Below, in pieces: positions 25,784 to 38,391 of a stretch of DNA of 64,000 bases. A program made the translations under genes and the position numbers. Origin of the DNA: Octopus bimaculoides. Its lineage: Eukaryota. Under the pieces are notes generated by a model. That model did not search any database and was not told where the DNA came from. It saw only the letters and a program-made list of their open reading frames with translations. Where the stretch lies: positions 85,640,316 to 85,704,315 of the forward strand of contig NC_068983.1 of NCBI RefSeq assembly GCF_001194135.2, read 5' to 3'. Within the stretch, counting starts at the first letter, position 1; each line of letters starts with the position of its first letter.

Positions 25784-26200
25784 ATAAGTGAAAAGTGGAG
25801 TTCATTGTATAACATCTATTCCATGGTTTATAATTATTTCAACAACTTGCAGGTGACCATTCAAATATCATGTCTATAAAGATATGTGGTTGGTCACCTG
25901 CAAGTTATTAAAATAATTGTAAACTATCTAATAAGATCGGTGATTGTCTTACGCTGACGAAGGGTAAATACCTAGAAACCCGGGTCCGTGCATATCACGT
26001 CAGATCGAAGATGGGAAGGATGACTTCCCTTTGCAAATACCGACAGGGCACAGAAAGTGTGTCAATAACCAGCTGGAGGTGTTCTCCTGGGGCTAAAAGC
26101 AACAGTAACATTCACCCTTAGGGTTTAGCCGCATTTAAGTGGCAAATATACTTCACATTATGTAATAAGTGTTATATTATAAACTCCACTCTTCACTTAT
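25784..26200 (+). mobile_element. 417-bp non-coding element with 31-bp terminal inverted repeats, an internal 99-nt hairpin and a hammerhead motif
   Basis: 25784-25814 versus the reverse complement of 26170-26200: 27/31 identical. Internal features are listed separately. Confidence 0.6.
25940..25998 (+). ncRNA. Type I hammerhead ribozyme motif (Penelope-type, palindromic stem III)
   Basis: TACG-CTGACGA-AGGGTAAATACCTA-GAAA-CCCGG-GTC-CGTG. Core CUGANGA 25954-60, GAAA 25975-78, palindrome ACCCGGGT, GUC cleavage triplet, stem I TACG/CGTG extended by GTGAT/ATCAC. The stem II closure has an extra A. Confidence 0.7.
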
Positions 26201-27144
26201 ATATACATACATACACACACAAATGTATATGTACACACATAAACATACATTTATATAGACACACACACATACATAAACATACATATATACATAAACACAC
26301 ATACATAAACATAAATGTACATATATACACATACATTTATATGTATACATACATATATATTTATCAACATAAATACACATATGTACATACATTATGCATT
26401 TAACATGAGTTTTTAGTTATATAATTCTTACATAATACTACCGTCTTCAATCAAACATTTCAAAATAGAAATGGCAAACAAAAATTTGCTCTATGTGTAG
26501 CAGTTGTCTGGACGGTCTCAAGAGAACCTGCCTTTGTGCAGAGATGAAGAGGAAAAAAAAGGGATAGAGAGGGAGAGGATGAGTATAAAAGAGAAAGAGA
26601 ACATGCAGAAATAGATGAGAGGAAGAGGTGGGAGAAAAATGAAGTAAATGAGAGATATATAAACAAACAAATGTACGATTAAATGGACAAATAAATCTAA
26701 ATGACAAAGAATGAAAGAGAGGAGGAAGAAGCAGAAGCAAAAAGGGGGAGGTGAGGAAGAAGTAAAAAAAATTGAAGCAGACAGGGATGTTTCAGTTTCC
26801 ATCAGCCAAATCCACAAACAAGGCTTTGGTTAGCCTGTGGCTATAATAGAAGTCACTTGCCTAAAGTGCTACACTGTGGGACTGAACCTAAAACCATGTG
26901 GTTGGAAAACAAACTTCGCAATCCCACAGATGCTTAACAAATACATGAACATTTGTATATACATTTATATAAATATAAACTTCAATGCTCAAAATGAGGA
27001 GTTGATAGACAGCTGACAACTGATGAAGGGTCATTCTTTATGTTACTTGTCCTGTTTTCCATTTGTTTCTCTCGTTTGCATATTGAATTCATGTGTTTTT
27101 GTATTTCATGTTTACTGTTGGTGATGTCCTGTACCCATATATGC

Positions 27145-27183
<39 letters not shown>

Positions 27184-27336
27184 CATATATATATATACAT
27201 TATTTATATTATTCGACTGAATGCCATGCATCCATTTCCAAGTAAGTTTACATTTATATACATATACACAAACACATGCAAAGACATTTATCTACACACA
27301 TAGACATATACTGTGAAACATAATAAACATATGTTA

Positions 27337-28429
27337 CACAAGATTTATCCAAAAGAAAACCAAACTTTTTCAAAAGTTCACTCAGTATCTAATGAGATTT
27401 TTTTCTCACTCAAACTCCCTCCATCTTTCATATACAACTACTCTCAAAATTTTATTATTCAGTTTTGGAACTTGTCTGAAATCATGTTATCTAGAATAAT
27501 GTACAGTTCTCACAGAAAATGTTTTTACTGTATTTTGCAACAGTGAATTTCACCTTTGAGAACAAAAAAAAAAAAATGCCAGCAGTGACCAAATTTCAAG
27601 AGTAGTGTGGCTTGGAAGCCTGTCTCTTGCTTTTCCCAAATGTCACAGATTTGAAGTGATACATAAGCAGATGTGCTGTAGTGCAGCATCTTGGTTTACT
27701 TTGTCCATATCTTCAGCATTTTCCTTCATATGGTTTCTTTCAAATGCCTCAGAACATACAAGTATAGGTCTTTATTCATCATCTGATCATGAGGAATGAA
27801 TTTATGGTAAAAATCTAATCATCGAATCAGAATAGACAATCAACAACACTAGACACCTAAAAACAATACTAACATGCTATTGGGAGAAGGGGAACAATAA
27901 TGACCCAGCCTAATGCAAAGGTGATCTAACTCAGCCCACGTGACTTTCTGAAAGGCACACCAATGAAAAATTATCTTGAATTGTTTTAGCTTTATAATCC
28001 ACTTGATAAGCCATGTCTCATGTGACATGCTTCTGGAAAAAAGTTGCCCGATCCAACACATTGAGATGACTGACCTTTTGTTTTGACATTATAGCCCAAC
28101 ACCCATGTCATTTCATCACTAGTTGTAACACTTTTCATAAAGTTTTCATCAGCATTGAAACAATCAAACAACTTCTGGCTTGACTATGCCTCAGTTTCCT
28201 TTTCATTCATGGCAGCCAATATGACACAAATAGTGTGGCCAACGTGATGCACCCTCTGTATTTCTTTCAATATCAAGTGGCAAGAATTATTACAGGCAAT
28301 GGTTTTCATTGATCATAGCAGACACATTAAACATTGTCATGGAACTTTTGGAACATGGAGATTTTGAATCATCTTTGCTGGAAGTTGTTCATGATTTGAA
28401 ACAATGGCTACTACTTTTGGTGTGGTGTA
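27337..28429 (-). mobile_element. Mariner transposon relic, heavily degraded
   Basis: Minus translation: ADENFMKSVTTSDEMTWVLGY...KGQSSQ, MLVLF, HKFIPHDQMMNKDLYLYVLRHLKE, which follows the mariner catalytic domain; many stops; ends approximate. Confidence 0.75.
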
Positions 28430-28451
28430 CAAATATATATGTATGTGTGTA

Positions 28452-28489
<38 letters not shown>

Positions 28490-28830
28490 TATATATGTAT
28501 CTGTGTCTGGATACCAAGTGATAGTTTCAAATTAGCATCACTGGCATACAAGTGATGCTGTTCACCTCCAATCTTCCATGAAAAACACATCAGGCCAAGG
28601 GAAGACACCAACTCACCAGGAAACATATGAGGGCTAGTAACAGGACAGGCATCCAACCACAGAAAATCCACCCAACCCCTGGAAGCATGGAACAGTAGAT
28701 GCTAAATGATGATGATGATAATGAAATATGTACACTAGGTGCACAGAAAATTTGCATATTAGACAAAGAATGCAAAGAGATATCTAAATACTGTGATGAG
28801 ACAAAATAAATATTCTCAAACATGGGTATA

Positions 28831-30020
28831 CAAGGGGGTACCCAAAAGTAACCAGAAATGTTCTTTGTGGGACAAGCCCATTGTAGTTCAGGTTCCACCA
28901 CTAGAAGCCATTTGGTGTGACCCTCAGGCATCAGTCTGCTGACCAGTGGCATTGAGTGAAGTCGTACTGCTAATGGTGCGTTTTTGTTTCAAAGTGTTTC
29001 TCCCGTTTATCGATTTTTGTGATGGCTGAAATGAAGGGACAGCATGCTTCCATGAAATTCCGTTTTCTGCTGGGGAAAAGAGCAGCCGAAACAGCTTACA
29101 AGGATGCTGTCATGAGCAAAGCACAAGTTTACAGGTGGTTTTCACACTTTAGGAATGGTAACTTGAAGACCAACTTCGTTCAGGGCAACTGTCGACCTCT
29201 CAAACAAATGAAAACATGAAAATTCATGAACTGATCGTGGAGGACTGTCACCAAACAATTGACAAACTTGTTGATATGACTGGTGTCTCCTGGAGCTCCA
29301 CCCAACAAAATTTGAGCAAGGAATTGTGGATGAAAATAGTTGCAGCAAAATTTGTGCTTCACTTGCACACAGAAGATCAAAAGCAGTTACAACTGAATGC
29401 ATGTCATGAACTGAAAGAACAGTCGGAAGCTGATCCGAACCATTTTTCAAAAGGACATCATTGGTAACAAAAAGCTGGTTCTACAGCTACAACCCAGAAA
29501 TGAAGCAGCAATCAAGTCAATGAAAGCATTCAATGTCACCATGCCCCAAAAAGGTGCATCAAGTGAAGTCCAATGTCAAGATTATACTGATTTGTTTCAT
29601 TGATGCGAAAGTAATTGTCTACAAAATATTTGTTCCTCCTGGTCAAACTGTTAAGCAGACATTTTACTTGGCAGTTCTGAAGCATTTGCAAGACACAGCA
29701 AGACAAAAATGCCCTGACCAGTGGCAAAGTGGAGAGTGGTGGTTTCATCACGACAATGCACCATCGTACACTGTCTTAAGTGTGAGATAGTTTTTGACCA
29801 AAAAACGTTTTGCAGATGTGGAAGAGGTGAAGAAAACAACAACTGAGGCATTAAAAGGCATCACTTCACAAGAGTTCTAGGACTGCTTCAAACAGTGGAA
29901 AACATGTCTGGACCGATGCATTGCTTCAAATGGAGAATACTTTGAAGGCAATAAAAGTGTAAACATGTAAAGTGAATGAAATAATAATGCAAAATTCTGG
30001 TCTCTTTTGGGTACCCCTCA
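28831..30020 (+). mobile_element. Mariner transposon, near full length, pseudogenised transposase
   Basis: TIRs CAAGGGGGTACCCAAAAG / CTTTTGGGTACCCCTCA, TA on both sides. Translation includes KAQVYRWF, YNPEMKQQS, FVPPGQTV, WWFHHDNAP; frameshifts, and the YSPDL region is deleted. Confidence 0.92.
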
Positions 30021-30434
30021 TATGTTTAAAACAGATATGTTTAAAATGCTAGACTCAATAAGAAGGGACAAGTAAACAATTTGTAGTAAGAAGAGAGATA
30101 AGGGGAGAGTTCTCACAAAACTAGACTAGTCTGTTGTGGGTGGTATTTTCCAATTTCTGAAATATAGGGGATGCCTGGCAAAGTGATCAACATAGAAATA
30201 GAACTCATAGATTATTTTACTATGTGATTCCTATATTACTCAGAAGGACCACAAACCAAATTTTCTTTTCAACATCAAATGCAGGTTACTAAACCACTCC
30301 AAAAGTAAACTGGGTATCATCAGTAAGCACACTGCCAATGACAGCAAGCTAAAAGTCAGAAATGATATGAAATTAGATCACTGGAACTGCACCACCATTG
30401 TAATTAAGGAGCTTCACATCATTGAAGACAAAAC

Positions 30435-30650
30435 CTGCACTGATATGGTCATGTGGTACATATGGACATGGGCAGCTGCATAAAGAGGAGCCAATTTCTA
30501 ACTGTGATAGTAATCTGGGGAAGAGGTAGACATAGGACGAGGTGGTGAGAAATGATCTCTAGACGTTGAGCCTGAAACAGATGACAAGGGACCAAAACTT
30601 CTGGTGTTTTGCTGTACTTGAGAAGACATGTCAAGCTAAGTAAAATCATG
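30435..30650 (+). mobile_element. RTE LINE 3' fragment
   Basis: HWYGHVVHMD...GRGRH; homologous to 63420-63760. Confidence 0.7.
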
Positions 30651-31172
30651 GTCATCCATACATATAGGTATGTCCATTATGGCCATGCCCCCATCTCACA
30701 CACACATATATACACACACAATCTGTCATCACTCAAAACTTTCCCACAACCCATCTTTCCAACACACCTCCCATCCCACCACTCATTGCAGGCCCCTCCA
30801 CTATCCCTCAAATAGCTACAATAATCCACTCTAATTTCTCTCTCCATCACTTGCCAGTCACCTCTATCCCCATCTCTAAGCATCTCCCCTCACACTCTTA
30901 TGGAACATCCCACCATGATTCCACTTGAACCGTCTCTGCCTTTCTAACCCTAGCTTTTTTTTCCTCACCTTTCTTTTCCTACTAGGGTAGCCAAATATCT
31001 GCTCTATAGTAAGACAACTATCTCTGTCCCTCTATTATACTCTAACCACTCACCTGGCACACTACCACTTTCCTCAGTTTCACTCTCTCACTCATCTGAG
31101 AGGTCTTCATTTCAGAAGTTACTTGGCAACCCCACTGGTGTTAATATCATGTAAAAAGAACCCAGTACACTC

Positions 31173-31375
31173 TGTAAAGTGGTTGGTATAAGGAAGGGCA
31201 TCCAGCCAAAGCAGACAATGGAGTCAGCTCAGAAGATAGACATGAAAGATACCCAGTTTACTTTTGGAGTGATTTAGTAACCTGCATTTAATGTCTATCT
31301 TCCAAGCTGACTCCATTGTCTGCTTTGGCATGGTTTCTATGGCTAGAAGCCCTTCCTTACATCAACCACTTTACA
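31173..31375. repeat. Fold-back of two inverted RTE-tail copies
   Basis: 31205-31243 and 31291-31329 are 37/39 complementary; looser pairing extends to 31173/31375. Confidence 0.85.
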
Positions 31376-31499
31376 TGTGGATTTTGTTGATTCATGTTAA
31401 AGACTCCCCTCTGAAAATGCTAGACTTCGAAAAATAATTTGTTCCAATCTGAGACCTTGATATTAAAATAATAAAGGGAAATATTAGTTATATCACAAC

Positions 31500-31980
31500 T
31501 GTTCTGACTGTTTCAAGAATGAAGGAGATTCACAATTTGATATCTCCAAAGGCTATAACAACAATGAGGTAATGGGTCTTGTTGGACTGTTTTTATTGAC
31601 ATTTTTAAAAAGCAACTCTCCTCATACATCTCAGATTTGTACTGCGATGACAGATTTACAGCTTCAAGCAATGTGAACAACCACAGTAAGGACAAATTTA
31701 GAAAAGATCTGATAGGCATATTCAAGCAGTTTAGCATAAACATAAAACTCGCCACCGATATAATGACAGCTAATCTCTTAGACTGTATACTAAATCTTAA
31801 GATGAGTAAATACTATCCCTTGTAGATATGTATCTGATCAAACAAAGACAAGAACTTCAAATACATCTCAGTTATAATTAGGAACATAGCAAGCATAGGT
31901 AGAAAAGGATTCTATCTATCCTTTGGTAGGGAAATACTCAATAGCAGCAACATACTATAATAAGGATCTGGCCAGAAGTC
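31500..31980 (+). mobile_element. Penelope-like RT relic
   Basis: EVMGLVGLFLL...LYCDDRF...KFRKDLIGIFKQF...NLLDCILNLKMSKYYP corresponds to Penelope RT (ELVGL, YRDD, NFLDVTLNL); frameshifted. Confidence 0.7.
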
Positions 31981-34396
31981 ACTTTACTGAGACATGTTTA
32001 TACATAGATTTCACACTTTTTTACTCCAGCATTGAAGAGAACCAAGAAATGGAAAGTCACCTGGTATAATCCACATTGTAACACAGATGCCACTATTTAT
32101 TAACTACACATAAATACCACGAAGTTTTCAATGCACACAATATGTTGTGGTTAGACATTCTTACCAAATTAATATCACTTCCACAATTGCACATCATAAT
32201 CATACATCTGTACTATCTACACCTGTAACAACCCACCTGCTATTATTATGGTCAAACCAGATGGCCACTGGTGTGAGGTGGAGATGGGGTAGCTACTGCA
32301 TTTCATAGATCACAGTATACAAAGCAGTGCTCACTCCAACAGAAAGTATCCAAAATAACAATAATGGTTCCACTGCAAATGACTTCAAATGATAATATGG
32401 TCAACATATTCACTCCTTTTGGTCCAGAAACAAAGCAAACTTCAATTCACTGTCCTGTTTCATGTGGAAACTTAGAACCCAGGAAAATGGCTGCTCTATT
32501 ATAACCTGACATATTGTTGACAGTATCGATATGCATTTAGATGCTTCCAGCCTGCAATATCCCTCAAAATGAAGTCCAGAATAATTTCTTTCTGCCATTA
32601 TGATGAGATATTCTTCTGGCTTAGTTTCAATAAATCAATACCAAAAGTAATCTCATGAAATACAGATGCATGCACATACATTTAACCAATTAACTCATCA
32701 ATTGTTTGATTAATCATTCAGTCTATTTACCAATCAGCTAGGCTTGTCAAAGTCCTTTTGTAGTCATTCCCAACCTCATCAACAGCATGTCCTCTACTCC
32801 ACTTCTGTTTCAAATTGATTAATAACAATAAAGTAAAACAGAACAAGTGCATGTGTTTATTATGGACTTAATAACCCTCCCAAGATACAAGTTAATGTTT
32901 GCAGAGGATATGGTTCTCAGGTAGCGTGGGACAACATGGTTGATTCTGTAGCTGCCAGAGTGCTATAGTAACCTTATAAAGCTCAGACTATGGTATATAT
33001 CCACAAACATACAAATCATATGTTTATATCATCATTTAGCATCCATTTTCCATGCTGGCATGGATTACATAGTTTGACTGGAACTGGTAAACCAGAGATC
33101 TGAACCAGGCTCCAGTCTGTATTGACTTGGTTTCTATGGCTGGATGCCCTTCCAACACCAACCACACCACAGTGTAAAGGTATCTTTTACATGTCACTGG
33201 CATGCGTGCCATTGGCATCTCACCAACACAGGTGTCTTTAGTGTGCACACGCACATGACCAAACACTCAGGTATATACATAGATGGATGGATGTACAGAC
33301 ACACACACACACACCAACTAATAAAAGCATCATCTATCCAGTCTTTGTATTCTGGAAATTTGCAGCCGAATTTTGAAAATGTGAGTGTGTGAGTGCGTAG
33401 GTAGAGGCATGTCTGTGGTTAAGAAGTTTACTTCCAAACCACATTGTTTCAAATTCAGTCCCACCATATGGCACCTCGGGCAATTATATACTATAGATAT
33501 AGGCCGAGTAAACCCTGTAAATAGATTTGTTAGATGGAAACTGAATGAATCCCACTGATCCACTAATTTTGATAAGAATTACCAGTTGATCACAATCATT
33601 ATGCAACAAGTTACAGGTGCAGATGTGACTGTGTAGTTAAGAAGTTTGCTTCCCAACTATATGGTTTCAGGTTCAGTCCCACTGAAGGTACCTTAGGTAA
33701 GAGTTTGCTATTTTAACTCTGGGCTGACCAAAGGCTTGTGAGTGAATTTCGTAGACAAAAACTGTAAGAAACCCTTTATGTACATGTGTATGTGTGAGTG
33801 TGTTAAGTTTGTGTCCCCTTGTTTTGACAGTTACAAATGATTGTCACCATCATGCAAGTAGTTTCGTTCATCTTCAATATTCTATAAAAACATGTTGGGC
33901 CATGGGAAAATATTACCTTGCTTGAAAACAAGTGAAGGTCGGCAACAGAAAGGGCATCTGGCCATAAAAAAAAAATCTGCCTTGATAATTCCATGCAAGC
34001 ATAGGAGATTGGTCATTAAAATAATGATAATGCTGCTGTGTGTGTGTGTGTGTGTGAATTCATATTTACCGTTGTTTTCACATGTGTTTGCTGTCTATAA
34101 ACAATAGCCATGCTGTTCCTGCAGATGGTGATGAATACTTGAAGTTTGCTATAAAAGCATGCTGGAGCTTATTCACATGCTGCTTGATCTTTATACACAA
34201 AAGGCTAATTAATATAGTGTTGTTTAATACCAGTTGCCTGTGTAGCCATATTCTGTTTATTATTCGATAGTCTGAGGAATTATTACCTTGATTGGAAACT
34301 AGTAAGGATCAACATCAGAAAAAATATATCTAGCCTGACCAAAATCTACCCCAATGTACTCTCATCTGACCCATTCAAGCATAGCAGACATTAAAA

Positions 34397-34500
34397 CCGG
34401 GATGGACAACCATTTTTGAGAAGCAGGCTGCATGATACAAGGTAACTTTTTGTTAGGTGCTATTCAAAAGGTTCAGCAGGCCACATCTTGCCCACAACAG
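34397..34500 (-). mobile_element. hAT-type MITE, degenerate
   Basis: Same termini as 2896-3045; flanks CATTAAAA/CACTGAAA (6/8 match). Confidence 0.5.
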
Positions 34501-35799
34501 CACTGAAACAATGATGACATGTAAATTTCTTATTGCTATAAACCTGGCTTTTTTTTTTTTTTTTTGAGTTCTCTATTAATCACTCTGCACAGAAAGAATT
34601 CCCATGATATATAACAATCAGAGTATTAGGCTCATATTCACAAGATCAAGGGTTCGATTCTCAGATCAGGTGGATGTTGTGTCCTTGAGCAAGTCACTTC
34701 TTTTCACATTGCTCAAGTTCACTCAGCTAGAGGACAGAGCTGATAGCAACAGTCTGCTCCTCCATCCAGCTGTCATATTCCAGATTTTCTGTTGGGTCAA
34801 CAGGCAAAGTATCATGATGATGTCAGTATCTATTTACAACTACATAAACACCTTAAACAATCAGTAAGGGTCTAGTACATATTACATAACCCTGGGCTGG
34901 CTAAAGCCTTTTTAGTGGATTTGGTAGGCAGAAGCTGAAAGAAACCTTTGGCATGTATGTATGTATACACACACACATCATCATCATTATCATTATTAAA
35001 TGTCCATTTTCCATGGTGGCAAGGCCAGAAGTTGCACCAGGTTCCATTGTGTTTTGGTATGACTTCTACAGTTGGATGCCCTCCCTAACACCAGACATAC
35101 CACAGAGTGTACTGGGTGCTTTTTTTTTATGTGGCACCAGCACCAGTATTTTTTACATGGCACCAGCACCACTGCTTTTTACATGGCACCAACACTGACA
35201 GTGTTACCAAGTACCTCGCAAAACAACTGAGAGGGGGAGAAAAGGAATTGAGGAGATGTGGATTTGTGTCAGTTGAGAGATTTAAGGCATAGAGGGAACA
35301 GATATAGGTGTCTTTGCTCTAGGGTAGATACATGGAAACACGAGTTGGAAACCAAGGGAGAATGAGTTGGAAACTAAAATAAAGAGAGTGATAGTAAGAG
35401 AGATGATGGTGGAGAGGTGTCATGACATGCCCTCTAGGGACACTGGGGGGGGGGGGAGAATAAGTAAAGTGATATAGAGGTTTGGACTGGGTAAGTCAGC
35501 AGAATGAGGTGACTATAGCAAATGGAGAGGAATGTATGAGAGGCTCAGGCAGCCAGGTTGCAGTAGGTATGTGAGAGCATTGAGGGTGATAGCAGGATGA
35601 TGGAGAGCAGCACAGGTAGGGAAGAGAAGGTGCAGAAAGGAGGGGATTGGTGGAGACAGTAGGTTGGGGAAGAAAGGTAACTAGATGGAGGGAATGTAGT
35701 ATTTGCCTATTCTGCTCTCAGGTGATAGAGGAAGTGATGGATATTAGGGAATGAAATGTGCAGGGGGGAAGGTTGACAGGATAGAGCCACTCATAGACA

Positions 35800-36375
35800 T
35801 GCATTACCAAGGTGGTTTTAGGATATCAAAACTGCTGTGATGAGCAGGTCCTATTGAGTACAGCAAGGTAGCAGATATTTCAGTCCTTTGTCATCTCCTT
35901 CGTAGGGCTCAGCATTTTAAGATCAGCCTTCAATACTTCATCTTGTTTTCCTGGGTCTCCCTCTTCCACAAGTTCCATCCACTTGAAATGACTAGCACTT
36001 CTGTATGCAACTGTCCTCAACCATACATATTACATGACCAAACCAGTGCAGTCTTCTCTCTTGCATGCTATATCTAATTCCCTTTATGCCTAACTTTTCT
36101 CTCAATACGCTAACATTGTTGCACATGTACACTGACATTACACATCCAGCAGGGCATACCAGCTTCCTTCCTCTCTAGTCTTCACATATCTCACTACCAT
36201 GTAGTGTTGCTGTTTATATAAGCATCAAACAATCTTCCTTTCACTTGCAGAGAGAGCTTTGGTTACCAACAAAGGTAAAAACTCTCTGAAATTTCTCCAT
36301 CTTACTCTTATTCTAGCAATTACACTTTCAGTACATCCTCCTCCACTGCTAATTAGGTCACCAAGGCTGCAGGTT
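35800..36375 (-). mobile_element. RTE LINE 3' half fragment
   Basis: LGDLISSGGGCTESVIARIRVRWRNFREFLPLLVTK followed by the WFGHV region. Tail-only copies ending in (GAT/CAT)n occur at about 1865, 16860, 25075, 28500, 33030, 34990, 36800, 37270, 40085, 48520, 49990 and 51590. Confidence 0.8.
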
Positions 36376-36421
36376 ACCTTATATACACACACACACACAT
36401 ATTCTTTTATTTTAATTTTTT

Positions 36422-36795
36422 TTTTTGTACTTGTTTCAGTCATTTGACTGTGGCCATGCTGGAGCACTGCTTTTAGTAGAACAAATCGACCCCAGGACTT
36501 ATTCTTTGTAAGCCTAGTACTTATTCTGTCGGTCTCTTTTGCCAAACCGCTAAGTTACGGGGATGTAAACACACCAATATTGGTTATCAAGCAATGGTGT
36601 GGGGACAAACATACACACACAAATATATATATATATACATACAACAAGCTTCTTTCAGTTCCCATCTACCAAATCCACTCACAAGACTTTGGTTGTCCCC
36701 AGGCTATAGCAGAAGACACTTGTCCAAGGTGCAACACAGTGGGACTGAACCTGGAACCATGTGGTTGGGAAGCAAACTTCTTACCACACAGCCAC
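36422..36795 (-). mobile_element. SINE family A, full-length
   Basis: Near-consensus reverse complement. Confidence 0.9.
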
Positions 36796-38039
36796 ATCCT
36801 TTTCTAGACATCATGTGACTGTTGTAAACAAACATCACTGTCACACAAGTGTGGTTAATCATTTCTAGTCTTCTGTGATGGACATATTTAGTTATGGGAA
36901 AATTTTACTTCACTCAGAAGCCAGTCAGGATTGGCAACAGGAAGGGCATCTGGCCGTAGAAAATCTGCCTCAAAAAATTTTGTCTGAACTAGGCAAACAT
37001 GGAAAAGCAAGCATTAAATGATAAATGTTAATGGTTTTAGAACTCTTGTGAAGAGAGCATACTTGTGTTCTTGATGTTTCAACTGCTCTTTTGTAACTCT
37101 CTCTTCCAAAGCACATGATTCTAAGTTCATTCCCACTGTATGGCACCTTGAGCAAATGTTTTCTAATATAGCACTGGACCAACCAAAGTTCTGCGAGTGA
37201 ATTTGGTAGACAGAAACTGAAAGAAATCCATTGCGCACACACGCACGCGTGTCTTGGTCTTGCCATCATGCAGTTGTTGCAAATGTGTGTCTTTCAGTTT
37301 CAGTCTCCCATGAAAACTTGTCCAGGCATGGAGAAATATTACCTTACTTGGAAATAGATATGGGTTAGCAACTAGAAGGGCAATCTGGCCAAAGAAAATC
37401 TATCTCAACAAATTTCATCTGACCTATGGAAAAGTAGACATTAAAATAATGTTCTTTCAAAGTCTCTAAAACATTTCAAGCCTTAGCTTCTTAGTAGGCT
37501 TATGATTACATTATTTTTTTTTATCTGGTCTTCCACCTAGAGCTTCAACAATTTCTCAATTTTAAGGACATGCCCAAGTCACTTATTATTGTTGATAACA
37601 TGGTGACTGAATTTTTTAGTAGCCATGAATTAGTGGGAGAATTGACATTTTCTTGTCCTTTATGTTTTGTTTTCATTTTAATATTTCATATCAAATGACT
37701 TCCTTCGTTAATTGCTGGATGTAGTACAGATAGACAAATATTCCCTCTTCACATCTCTGAGGGCAATGTCTGTAGAAGCTAAGAGAAATACTTACATGAT
37801 TCTGAAATATAACTGAATCTGAGAGAAAGTGCAATTACTGCTGCTAGAAAAATACTAACTCCTATACGGTGCACAGAAAACTCTTGTACAGCATGCAGGA
37901 ATATTTGAATTTTTTCCCCATATGGATAGATAACTTCAGTTAGTCATAAGTCACATAGAAAAGAAAATTTGATGTAATTGAATGATTTATGAGAGCAGTG
38001 TGAGCTATTTACAAGTGTTATATCATCAAGATAATTGAT

Positions 38040-38180
38040 GATAGTGTGTTCAGTGAAAATTATAGCATGCAACAAAGTGTCCACCAGGGTTTGGTTCTTG
38101 GTCTCTTCTGTTGACTACTATCCTTTAGGCAATAATGAAAGAATTCAAGACTGGCTAACTGTGAACTCCTGTATGCTGAT
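38040..38180 (+). mobile_element. RTE RT core fragment
   Basis: SVHQGLVLG...ELLYAD, the degenerate VHQGSVLSP...ELLYADD. Confidence 0.6.
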
Positions 38181-38391
38181 ATCTAAACTTGTAAGCTGAG
38201 GAGCTCATGTGCTTATTAACTCACACACACATTTATTTTCTTGCATATGGTTGTCCATTGAATTTAATAACCATCTTCTCCTTCAAGTGTGGATCCTTTA
38301 ATGACTACTGCTCAAAGAGCAGTAGCAATGGAGAACACAGCCATGTGGGCAACCAAAGAACCATGACTGCTATCAACTATGCTACACTTAC

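Noticed and set aside
27005-27045. CTGATGAAGGG hammerhead-like half core
   Set aside because: No GAAA, stem III or cleavage triplet follows; at most a decayed pLTR-like fragment.
32330-32640. Possible piggyBac C-terminal relic on the minus strand (GIDLL...GRKKLFWTSF)
   Set aside because: Similarity is too weak and frameshift-dependent to call.
34287-34298. In-frame microexon candidates (12 nt here; 9 nt at 41558-41566)
   Set aside because: Splice signals alone are expected by chance in 64 kb of AT-rich DNA.
37796-37935. Open minus frame IYPYGEKIQ...FSYISES ending at a GTAAGT donor
   Set aside because: Good donor but several competing weak acceptors; the exon cannot be defined.
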